In this document: piece by piece, positions 1 to 11,490 of the stretch | Layout: the number at the start of each line of letters is the position of its first letter | Position numbering within the stretch: position 1 is the first letter of the stretch | DNA from: Oikopleura dioica | Lineage: Eukaryota > Animalia > Chordata | Direction of reading: 5' to 3' | Assembly (NCBI GenBank): GCA_907165135.1 | Contig: OU015569.1 | Location: 7,068,001-7,132,000 of the forward strand | DNA length: 64,000 nucleotides | Translations under genes and position numbers: made by a program | Notes under the pieces: model-generated | The model's input: only the letters and a program-made list of their open reading frames with translations | Databases searched by the model: none | Told to the model about the DNA's origin: nothing

Positions 1-2253
1 TCTCGTGTGCTCCATTTTTCAGCCATGTCGAAATGAGCCTGGCCAGCCGTAGGGAAGAACGCTATTTATGGTTAATTTTTCAAATCTCGTAAAATTTCGT
101 ACCATGTGCAAGCTCGCCTCCTGGACCGTCGAATGCTCTGGATCGACCACACTCATGATTGCGCTCGCGGAAACCAATATTCAAGTCAACATTAGATCTT
201 CTCTGGCGTTTCTTCTTGCGCTTGCGCTCTTCAAAAGTGAGACCAGATGCAGTCGCCCAAATTCCTAAAATAAATATCAAATGGCTATGTACGAACCGGT
301 GAAATTGAGACGCGAAGCACGTGGTTTTAAAAGAGTACTTGAGCAGAATCCACAAACATATCAAAATCATTCTTTCAACACTCGCCAAAAGTGAGCCATT
401 CCAAGAGTAAACTTGAGAGCGGTGGTGCTTTCATCTAATTAACTCCTCTTGAGCAATCTAGTTGCAGCTTTAGCACAATCATTTATCGAAAACCAAACAC
501 CCCACAACGGTTAGCCTGCTATAATAATGCCCCCTATGAACATAGCATAATTTATAGTCACCATTGACCTAAAATATCCATGGGGGCTATTTGGGACCTA
601 TCAAATCAACGAGTGGCCCTTGAAAGCGACCTCCCTTAGCAAATATTGACCGCTCTGAGCGCAGTGGGTGTCCAATTTACCAAAATTATGGATCAATAAA
701 TCTGACGCAAGGGGTTTACGAGAGTTGCTTGACCTTCTCTGTCCGAAAATTAGTGTCATAGCAAAAAAGCCGTTTGGTTTATAATCAAATTGGTATAGCT
801 TACCTAGGGCTTTCCGAAAGGCGCGTTTTACTTGTAGATCTGAGAGTGAGTAAGGTTTATTCTGAATTGGTTTCTAAGAAATCATCTGAACTGCAGTCCA
901 TACCTGCACATGAAAAGTTAGCTTGTGCGTGTCCCATTTATTTTGAATGTAGCGACGGACCCTTCTTTGCGCCGAAGGTGGACTATCTTCGGTCGATTCT
1001 TCGAAATCTCCGTCATCATTGCCACAGCGACCGCTTTTTAGTAGCGTTATTGTATCGACGTCTAGTTTACCCGTTTCCTTGATTCCGCCCGAATGTTGAA
1101 CTTTCTTCAGCGCTTTGGAGAGCTCTCTAAAACAGCTTTAGCCTTTACTAAACAAAGGAGATGATTTTGTATAATGAGTGTTTCCAGCTCATCACGGAGG
1201 AGTCCTTTGATCGCAATATCGCTGATCAAAGTTGTCTAACTCTTGATTCTTGTTGTTTAAGTTGGCTTCTCCCGTAATGACTTCCCTAAGACGTCAATTT
1301 TTTCCTTCCGATAGTGATGGATTTTTCTGTGCGCAAACAGCCCCTCGCGATAGTGCTCAATTATATTCTCTTCCGGGTGCTAATAAATACCAAAAACTTG
1401 GACTTCGAAATGAGCTCAATAAAAAGAGTGCCCGCACTTGGGAACTCACAAGTAAAAACATTTTGCATAAATTCCTTCCGTCCACTCGCTCAGGTGGTAA
1501 CGATAATAACCGACTCGACAATTTTGTGGTTAGCAAGGACCGTCTTTCTGTGCGCTAAACGGCCTGCTATCAAAACAAAGAGGTTATCGCTGCTCCTGTT
1601 AGGTCTTGTGACGATCGTGTTTTCTCGGAAATCAAACAACATAAAATATCCGACCACAAACAGTTTACTCTTGTTTCTAAATCACTAATCTAAATTGATT
1701 TGCTTCGAATAAATAATCTCATTCCTAGAGTTATAAACTAGTCGCAGGAATTCAGGAATTTTAAGCCTGGCAAATTATTCAAACAAGATCAAAGAAGCTC
1801 AAGTGAACGCGCAGGTTAAAATTTCAATTAGCCTTTGTTGGTCAAGTCAAGTTCAAGATGAAGAGGGAAAAGAACGGATTCAGGGAAAACTTTCCAAAAA
1901 AGAGTGTATTTTTTCACTTCCAGAAGATGCGTCAATCTTCTGAAGAATCGGGTTTGCCTGGGATAACATCGATCAGCTTTTTATCGATTCTGACGACTCT
2001 GTATTGGAAATTTTTGATGCAAAATTAAACACAAGATAACTCAATAAAAACTAAATCCGATAAATCATCATAAACAAGCTACTTACAATTGATCGCTTGA
2101 ATGTTCTTCTAAGTAATTAAGTTTCTTAAGGATTCGAACTGCGGAAAAATGATCTCTTTGCTTCAGTCGCTGTCTGTTCTTTTCCTTTACATGGTCTCTA
2201 TGCTCTCCAAGAACGAGTTGGAGTAGTAAAAAAGAGAAGAAATGAGTCTTCAT
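1..2253 (-). CDS. Matrix metalloproteinase (M10A), 3' end runs off the window
   Basis: Exons 2253-2087, 1126-904, 873-804, 264-103 and 61-1 join with GT-AG introns and matching phases. Product: signal peptide MKTHFFSFLLLQLVLG, propeptide ALKKVQ..TGKLD..T..LLKSGRCGNDD (cysteine switch), furin site RRVRR, KWDTHKLTF, and catalytic FDGPGGELAHAFFP..GQAHFD.AEKW. The HEXXH motif lies beyond position 1. Confidence 0.93.
1250..1692 (+). pseudogene. Decayed EEP/APE-like endonuclease fragment (possible non-LTR retroelement remnant) antisense in MMP intron 1
   Basis: About 147 codons in one frame with a single internal TAA (1556-1558). It contains PST...RLDNFVVS...ISDHK, resembling the C-terminal T...RLD..xS...SDH motifs of EEP endonucleases. 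No GDFN motif or RT was seen. Confidence 0.4.
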
Positions 2254-3217
2254 AACTGCGCCCGCTTTTGCTCTCTGTTTTCATGGCCACTAGGACATCT
2301 CTTGAAAATCGATTCGGGCAATCCCTAATTCTTGATTTGATTGCGGCACTTTGTTATTTACTTTTTTTGATTTGGGATAAGTTGGACCATGCGTTGGTTC
2401 GCGTTCAACGACGGTCGTCACTCTGGCGCCACACCAGCAGTAGCGCCGCTCTGTCGCCGACTTTTTCGCCGATTCCGGCAGCCTTCTCTCTGATAGATAT
2501 CCCATTTCGCACCGTGAGAATGTCGCACAAAAAATGCCTCAAGAATACTTATTATATCATCGACTAATGCAATACTTGATTGCTATTCTCATAAACACGA
2601 AAAACTGAGCAACTTCAGGGCAACAAGATCAGTATTATTATATACTTTTTCCTTCTAAGAGTCATATTAAATTTCCAACTCAAAAGTTTATACTGATAGT
2701 CTATGAGTGAGGAGTTATTCTCCCACAGTATGGACCATACTGTATTTCGAATTTCTCGAGAAATGATAATAACAAGAGTTTTGGATCGAGCACAGCAACT
2801 TTGATGTCTTTGTAGCAGAGTTATTATTTGTGGACGTAAAAATTTACAGCGTGATCATTGAGGGACACGTGAGGAAACTTCAAAACCTGGACATTAAATA
2901 TTGCCACCAGTGTATCATTAAACATCTTCGAGGGGCTCTAAAATCCATCGGACAACATAACGACTCGAACTGAGCAAGGGTTCAAACGAGATAGAGTTGA
3001 GTGGGTTGATGACCTACTTCGATTACGATTATCGACCTTTTTTATTTGAACAGAGTACACATTCGTCTCGGTAAAAATAGGCTCTGAAAGAAATGGAAAA
3101 TTTCTTGAAGGGTCAATATATTTGAAGAATCGTTTCTGCACAAGGCACCGTGTAGAAAGAGACTGGCAGTGAATCGCAATAAAATACAAAAAAGGAATCC
3201 TGATCTACTTCTTCCAA

Positions 3218-6200
3218 TTAGTCGTCTACTTTCTTTTTGCAAACATCAAAGACGAGTTTCGCGAGGTTCATCGACTGTTTCTTCGTCACCGACGGTTTAC
3301 CGTGATATTGAATCGCCGCCGCTGAGCATCCTGTCAACCAATATGTACAAATCTGAAGTAAAAATAGCTCAATAGTATCGCTCATCAGTACCTTATTCTT
3401 AAATCCTTTCACATATGTTTCACCCCTCTCCTGGAAATTGAATCCTTTCTTCTGAAGTGGCACCATTACTTCTGTAGTACACTAGAATTCGACTTGATGA
3501 ATACATAGAGGAGTACCAGGTTTACCTGTATTTTTCCTTCTTCTCCAGTTGTGTCCATTCGTGAAGATAAGTTAACAATCTTTCCCCAAATATCATACTG
3601 TGGCTTTTTTGACCCGATAACCTAAAATAAGCTTTTAAAATCAATTAAAAAGTCTTCATTGTACCCCAGCAATCACAGGTCCCCCGTAGGCAAGTCCTAT
3701 CCGCATGGCGAAGCTTTGCTCATAACGCTTGTTAAATTGTCCGACGAGGATTTTCAAAGCCAAAGCAAAATGCGCTGTCGAACAAAGATTGTTCACTGAA
3801 TCTTCTGTCTCTGCTTCAGGACTAGAGAATGCAGTAACGAAATAGGCAAAGAAAAGTATTCGATTACCTTAGACCGGCACAAGCCATATAAGTTGCGCCG
3901 ATCGTTTTAATTTTTTCGATGCAGTGAAATCTTTCTTGGTTGAGCAGTTCATCAATAGAGGAAATGATTTCGTTCAGCATTCGCAAACATTCAAGACCCT
4001 TAATATCATGCATAACTCATACACAAAGAGTACGTTACTTGTCCATCTATCTCTTCTGATTGCTGAAAGTACTTTGAGAACCCAGGAATCGATGCAAAAA
4101 TAACTGACGACTGGTCATATGACTTTGAGTAAAGCTCATCACAGTCCGTTGGCCTTTTCAGAAAATGATCAGCCACGTGTTCCGGCAACATATTCATTAA
4201 TAACATGTATGTCTGCTTTTGAGGTCCTCCATGTCGGCTATCTCTCGTTTAGCCTGAATATTTTTATAACTATCTAGATAAAAAAATTAGATTTTACCTG
4301 AATCTTGCGAAGATAATCCATTCTAGTAGTCCAATCATTTTGACGGCCTTCAAAAAACTGAGTGAGTGCGAGCAGGATCATAACGAGAAGATTGATAATC
4401 ATTTGAGGAACGTTCTCTTCATCACTTTAACAATCGGTTATGCTATATCCCTTGCCAAAGAGACGTACCTGCAGTTGCCGATAGAATTTCCAGAGATTCG
4501 CGCTTCCCAGTCAAAGAAGAGTCGTCGATAAGTGAACATCATCATAACAGAAAACACGACAGTAATTGCTTAAGTGAAATTGAGCCGCAAAGATTGCAGA
4601 ACATAATTTTACCAGTTAATGTTCCCAGTCGGAGCAAATGATAGAAGCGTAAAAACGCAGCGCATGAAAGAAGCACCATTAATCCATATAGTTCTAAGAA
4701 TTGTGGAGTCTCACAGATTGTCCCGGGATAAGAAGAGGGCGTCGAGTTGAGAGATATGAAATCGAGCGTATTGTTAATACATTCAACCGAATATTTTTCC
4801 ATCCCAGTACAGGTCATTGCACCAGAGAGTCCTATGAAAGAATAAACTCGCTTCTCATTTGGAAGCTTACCGATAAAAGTGTTAATGAAAATCGCAGAGA
4901 AAATGACCACATGACGTTGAGACTGTGAGCGATTAAGCTTTTTGGCGGCGCCAATAATCCAATCGGGGTTTCCTTTTCGATCTCCAAGGGTTATTAACAG
5001 CGATATCGTTCCAAATGCTAAAATGACAATTTTTGAATCAGAGAATTAAAAATCTTTAGTTACCGAGGAAGATTCCAGCTCCAATGTAGACAATGATCGA
5101 TAGTTCATTGTACGGCCTGATCAAAAATTGACAAATTATTAGCAAAAGCCCCAGAAAAAGTGCAATTGCGAGATTCGTCTTGAAAAACTCATCATGAAGG
5201 CGCCTAAACTCAACTTCTAGCCGATTTTCTTCGAATGTGACGGTTCTCTTCTGAATCTTATTCTTTCCTATGGCGGTGTGCGTTCCGTTTCGAATAGAAA
5301 TCTCCAAACGTCTCGACACTTCTTCGAAATCTGAATGCCGGTGCATGATAGGAGTCAGTGGCAAAGGCAGAAGCGACATTGTGGAAATGTCGTTCAGGGC
5401 GTTTGAAGACTTGGAATAATATTTTGCATTAATTCTACGGGCAAATATCAAACCTTTTCAGTTGTTGACAAGTATTCAATATCATTTTGATGCTTGATGA
5501 AAAATGTCTCGATCCCATGATCCTCCAGAAACTGGTTTGGGGTTCCTGGCTCAACGTCATATTCGCCGCCTAGATGGTCAAAAGTTGCTTTTGATATATG
5601 GCATTTTCCGGCCATTCCAGACGATTCCATATTGTTCGCAATCACAGTGTCGGTCGAAAAAATGTCAAATTGGAATTTTCTGAGCCCTAGAACTCCCTGC
5701 AACATGAATTAGCAAATTAAATGGAACTAATTCTTACAGTAAGGACGGCTCCTGTATGTATGCCGATTCGCATGTCAACGTTTTTCTTCGTATGAGCTCT
5801 TGTTTCCTTGATAGTTTCTATCATCGACAGTCCCATTTTGACACAACAGCTGGCGTGATCTGCACGTGATGCTTCTGGCAAGCCAGAGACACAGTAGTAG
5901 CAATCGCCTGAATTATTAATTCATCTATTATATTGTTGAACTTATACTCGTCGGAATCTTCGAGCAGATTCTAGCCATGAAAATAGCCTAATGACATTTT
6001 TTTTAGATGAACACATGCGTGTTATTTTTCAGACAGGCCCTCCTAATATTTTGCCAATCTGGGAACCTGGTTCCAAGATTCGATTTTATTTCTAATCTGG
6101 GAACTTTAGTTCCAAGATTGGAAAAATTTTCGAATCTTGGAACCAAGTTCCCAGGTGACAACGACGGCCTGCCCCAAAGTCGGTCGCGAATCTTGGAACC

Positions 6201-9200
6201 TAATTATTTCACTGATTGTGCTGATTCTAGATGCACAATCTCTTTTTTATGTTATTATTTGTAGTGAATTTCGCACAAAATTGGCTAATTATGACCATGA
6301 TTAAATGAAGAACCCTGTTACTTTTACCTTGGAAAATCCGCCCCTCGCGTTAAACTGTTCTGTGTTTTTGCCGAGTGACCCTTATTAGTGTTTAACTCTA
6401 ATTTCGAATTGAACAAATCTCCAAATGAATTAAACTTTAGAACAATATTAACCTTACAAACCTAACAGTCAATGAGCGGGAGTGCGCTCCGCGCCTGTCT
6501 TACAGTAAATGTCAGGTTTGACAGTGTCAAAACGGGAAAAAAAGTCATATTTTTGTAAAGAAAAGGTTCCAAGATTCGCTTTACTGGCCGTCGTTGTCAA
6601 CTGGGAACTTGGTTCCCAGATTCGAAAATTTTTCCAATCTTGGAACTTTTGTTCCCAGATTAGAAAAAAAATCTAATCTTGGAACCGGGTTCCCAGATTG
6701 GTAAAATTTTCTAATCTGGGAACCTGGTTCCCAGGTGACAGCATACCACCCTCCTAACACATGGGCGTAAATATGTCCTAGCAAAAATAAGAATCTCATT
6801 TTTCCTCTCTTTCTCGATTTCGCTCGAATGATTTTCTTATATAAACTACTGTAAGAATGATGGTTAAAGAATAACGCAATAAATGAATAGTGTCTGAAAG
6901 GAAATACGATTCCAGTGGAAAATATCCGTTCAAAGATAGTCGCAATGCTGACAAAAATTCAGGTTTTCGGACTACAATTACACTCAACTTACCGAGGATT
7001 CGTATCCTAAGACAACCGTGCTTTTCGGCATTGCGATCGAACTCCGCAAAGAGATCGTTAAGTGTCTTTACAAGTTGCTCCGCCGAGAGCACTGTCGATA
7101 GCTCCGTGAATCCTTTGATGTCCGCGTAGAGCATACTGACGTTGTTAAACCTGTGGATATACTTCTTCGACGATTGCATGCTGAATTGTTTATGAGCAAA
7201 AACGAGCATGTTGGCCGGAAAAAAGACTGCATTAGATGTACAGCGTAGTACAGATATTATATCAGTACTCTCACCTGGCAGGTTTGTCTTCGCAATCATC
7301 GTTAGCGGATGCGTCAGACACCATCTTGAGCGCAATAAAGCGAGGAATCGCCGACAATATTAACCGGTGCTGGTTTTGGTACTCGCGCTCGTGCTTCAAG
7401 CAATGTCGGAACAAGCGTCTATGAGAGGGGACCATTATGCAAAATCGAGAAGAAAATATATTTACCTTGTCTCCATGAAGGTCTCTCGCTGGGCACGTTC
7501 GACTAGATAACGATTAAAGACGCCCACAACGTGTGTGCCAAAGTAGAGGAGAGTGACGGCGCTGATTTCGCATTTCCAATTTGAAGAGGGCTCAAGAGTA
7601 CAAAGGCGCGCGCCGAGGTGCACCAAAGTTATGAGGACGGCGCCGTAAAGGGCATGATCCTCGCGCACAGCGAGCATGGTGTAGCAAGTGAAGATCGCGT
7701 AGATCAAGTACCAGCCGACGAAAGTGATGTCCGACGTGTAGATTGATTCCGCTAGAAATTTTCGATGTTAATTTATGATCAAAGCCAGTTTGCCTGGACA
7801 GAAAACAAGATTCGCCAGATTATGAGTTTATTTATGTCTTCAGCCGTAAGCTTAGCACGTGATATCCTAGGAAAAAAAAGGAATTGTGATATAATCAGAT
7901 CCGCTTCCCGTAAATAATGCCACGGGTTCGCTAACGTAAGTTAATCCCGAGCAAATTTCTCAGAGTAAATCTATCATCTTTTTCGCTGACTTTTTGTTTT
8001 CATTAAAAGCTATAAATGGAACTAAATCATAACGGATGCGTTGGCAGGCTTAGACCGAAGCCGGACATTTGTCTGCGCGGAAAGAGAAGTAATTGCCATA
8101 ACGGGTAATGGACGCTAGTGCACTGGACACCGGGCCGGCACTTACCCTCCCGGATCTAATCATAAGCACTGTTATAGATTCGATTTACTATGGCTCATAG
8201 TGTATATCCATCCCCGGCTCACAAATAATTTGGATAGTATCATGAATGTTGTTAGGATCGCAAATGTTAAAGGATGAATCCTAAAGTATACTAAAGACTT
8301 TAGTCTAAAGTATTTAGTAGAGTAGTCAAGCCTACCATAGGGAACAAACATTATTCCAAGAATAATCAAAAGCATCGAGATGTAGACAGCGAGTGATGCT
8401 ACTTGAAGAAGTCGAAAAGGAGCTTCAGATCGGATACGAATGGAAATAAAATTATCAGATTTATAGAGGCTCGGAAATTGAAAGCTAAGCCCTGACGCTG
8501 AGCCGGCAAAAGTAAAAGAATTACATGGTCTGGGAAAATTTTAAATCAAAAATGCCATGCGTCGAAACGGAATTAAGGAGGGGCTCTCCCCCATAAAGGA
8601 TCGCCCAAGTTCCATTCCGCTACGGAAGCCGGTCTAGAGAAAAGGAAGCGCCTCAGCTTTCAGATCGATCTGAATTTTTTAGTTTTGTATCCGGTTTCTT
8701 TTCGCTCCGTGGCACGAGCACGCACGATGAGGATGATTGCTGCGGTGTCTGAGAGGGGCTGTAGAAAACGATGATGACGATCATACTGCCATGGAAATAA
8801 AGTCGCTATATGAATGCTCAGTACGCGGTAAACTGAGCTTAACGTCGAATGAAATAAAATAGAAAACTGTGGCCCCTTTCTAATAAGCTTGTCAATGCAA
8901 GGAGCCAGCAAGAAACATGTTCCCATCGTCCGGCTATGCCAATAATCAGTCCAATTGAAATAACACGCATAATCAGCTCGATGATTGCGATTGTCAGAAC
9001 AGAGCCCAGTCGCTCTCGGAAAACATATCGCTGTTGCTGGATACATGAAATAATTATCCTCGATAATTTCTCGAGTACACGAGAAGAAAATTATTTGAGC
9101 TTACTCAATGTTGAATAAGAAAATGACCCTACAAGCGGCTCGCCGTCGGCTAGATATAGAGACCCGGTAGAGATCCGGTCGACCTCTCTCAGTGCTCCAT

Positions 9201-11490
9201 TTTCAAGATGGCGGCCCTTGGAAAGATTACAGATTGTGAAGTATGTTCAAAACAGATTTTTATGGTGCATCCAAGCCTGATAGAGGTCCTCAGCGGACTT
9301 AGGGTCAAAGGCAGTGGACATAGTAGGTGTGTACATTCCGCAAAAACGGCGCCCGGATGTGTACTTGAGGTCGAAACCCTCAAGTTTCTCAAGCTCTACT
9401 TTTTCTCCTTTCGTTGGAATGATTGAACGTGGATTTTCGAATTCGGACATGTCCGATTTTGATGTCCTCGCTGATTTTGTGGTGTCCTATAAAGTCGTTA
9501 TTCGATTTCAAATTGGCTGCAATCTGTCGAAGTTGAATTGTTTCCATGCTAATAATTAAAGAATTGTCTGCCAAACTTTCGCGCGGTGATAAAGAGCCCT
9601 CAACCAAGATGTCACTGGTATCTTAAGAATCGATAAACGGTCAAAGCACTCACTTAAATATTCTGTCTGTCTCAATGGGCACAAATCAAGAGCTACTATC
9701 TTTAACAGTGGAAAAATCACTACGCTTCATTAATGGCTTAGCGTTGAACCTGTACTTTCGCGAAATTAGCGGCTTTGGGGCATAATCGCCTCTATAGTCA
9801 TCGTACGTTTATCGAGTCATGGGCATCACGGTTAAGAACAGGTTTTTGTGTTATGGTCAATTACTTTGACAAGTTAGCCTAGATTTCAAATGCGGCTAAT
9901 ACTAAAAGTCTGCTTAGTGAATTCAGGAGATTCTCCCGACATATACAACCTGGGTAGACTGTTTCTTGAGCGCGGGCTTTGGATCCGGCTTGAGAGAAGT
10001 CTCTTTTTCGTCAGAATCGCGGCGTAAAACCTTTTTGGGAAATCAAATGCCCGTTCGCAAAAAATCAAATTACGTTTGTGAAGCATGCGTTTAATTATGT
10101 TTGTGAAGCTCAAGCTTTAAATCGAGCGGTTGATGTTGAAGTACCCCTTCGGTGATTTTTCTAAAGGCGAGTTGCCACAGCTCTCGGCTACGATTTCCCT
10201 GATTAGTGACTCCAGCATCTCCATTTGCTTTCACGAGCAGAGGCTTGATAGAAGGTCTTCAATTCTGGTTTTTATAAACTTTCGTTTGGAATATTCGATA
10301 TCCCTGAGTAGCACTATTTGCTTAGCTCAATGAAACGAGATAAAAAACCAAGTTCCTTTCAACAGTGGAGTCTCTATTTGATGTCGGAGGCACAGCGGAA
10401 TTCTCATCAATTGTTTCATGTTTCGTCTTGAAAGGATTTTTTTAACTTTGGATAGTTCGACAAGTCAAATTTAAGAATCGGCCATTGCCAAAGCAAAACG
10501 TTGTATATTGTTGTCTCTCGGCAGATTGCCCGAGGCGTGTGAGTTTCTGCTTACGTAAAGTTTCCAGCGCAAGACATTGCCGCTGTTAATAATTTATGTT
10601 TACCGCATTTTCAGTTCCATTAGGGATTCTGTGCCGAAATCATTATCAAATCAATAGTTTTACACGTGCGCCCTGTGCAATGTATAGGTTATAGTATAGT
10701 TTCAAACCTGAAACTTGTTGGCTCTAACTGACTGAAAGAAACTTGCAGAAAACGAGTGAAAGGCTACTCACGATTTTCGGATTCTGGACGACAGCTTTGA
10801 TGCCTGCAACTCCGCGCTGCCAGGCCGGCCGTGTGTGGAGTTTCGGGGCTCTGCTTCCGCGATCATCAAGCTCGATGACAAATACCTCTCCGTCGATCTT
10901 GTCTTCCTACGATAAGAGTCAGACAAATTAATCAATGTTAACTGCGCTTGTAACACGATTTCTCCAAGGGCGAGAAACATACACTTATAGTGGGCAGTGG
11001 GAAGTCTTCTCTTGGGAAAATTGAATTTCTCGGCATTTTTTGTAAGGCTTAAACTCGTCATAATGCGGAGTAGGGCGGAAGGGAATTTTTTCTCTACAGT
11101 AGGAGTTTCCTTTTGTGTGTTTCTGTTGACTCTAGTTCTCGCACTCTCGCTGAGAGTTTGAAAAAATTCGCCCCGAGGGGACAGGAACGCGAAATGAAAA
11201 GAAACAGGCGCCGTGGGACAACTCACGGACAGCAAGCTCCCCGGCACATAGGGACTCCCTAAAGGAGAACGCCCCTCTCAACCCATCGTGGCCGCGGAGA
11301 GCTACATATGGAATCTGCACGAGAATGAACCAAACCCTTCTATTTTACCAATTAAATTTCGTCAATGACCACTCAAATAGGAAAAAGTTAGACTCACCTC
11401 ATTTTCATCGGACTGTTGGTCTTGATCAGATTGTATGCTTTGAAATACGGGTTCGAAAGTAAAAATGCAACTATCCGAGGGAGCAACTAG
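3218..11490 (-). CDS. Transmembrane adenylate cyclase (ADCY1/3/8-like); 5' end uncertain
   Basis: M1 entry [12 protein letters not shown]|RYVFRER. C1a MLYADIKGF...[14 protein letters not shown]...MRIGIHTG...[17 protein letters not shown]. Second TM bundle. C2 [11 protein letters not shown]...[11 protein letters not shown]...[19 protein letters not shown]...VKG. Stop at 3218. The span 3218-9486 is secure; upstream exons 10772-10906 and 11398-~11490 fit by phase but are less certain. Confidence 0.92.
6055..6200. repeat. Modular palindromic repeat element, copy A (in ADCY intron)
   Basis: About 2.5 units of a 38-39 nt module CT(G/T)GGAAC-nnn-GTTCC(A/C)AG-ATT-n13/14-AAT, ending GTTCCCAGGTGAC, then AACGACGGCC...GCGAATCTTGGAACC. 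It is the reverse complement of 6564-6739. Confidence 0.85.
6564..6739. mobile_element. Modular palindromic MITE/foldback-like element, copy B (in ADCY intron)
   Basis: 6596-6739 has terminal inverted repeats GTCA(A/C)CTGGGAAC...GTTCCCAGGTGAC enclosing 3.5 copies of the 38-39 nt module (6601-6638, 6639-6677, 6678-6715, 6716-). It is inverted relative to copy A. Confidence 0.7.

Noticed and set aside
2420-2450. YCWCG resembling the phospholipase A2 YGCWCG motif
   Set aside because: There is no HD catalytic dyad or PLA2 Cys pattern downstream.
6055-6739. CRISPR-like array of palindromic repeats
   Set aside because: The 'spacers' are 13-14 nt, similar to each other and part of a palindrome. 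The context is a eukaryotic intron with no cas genes.
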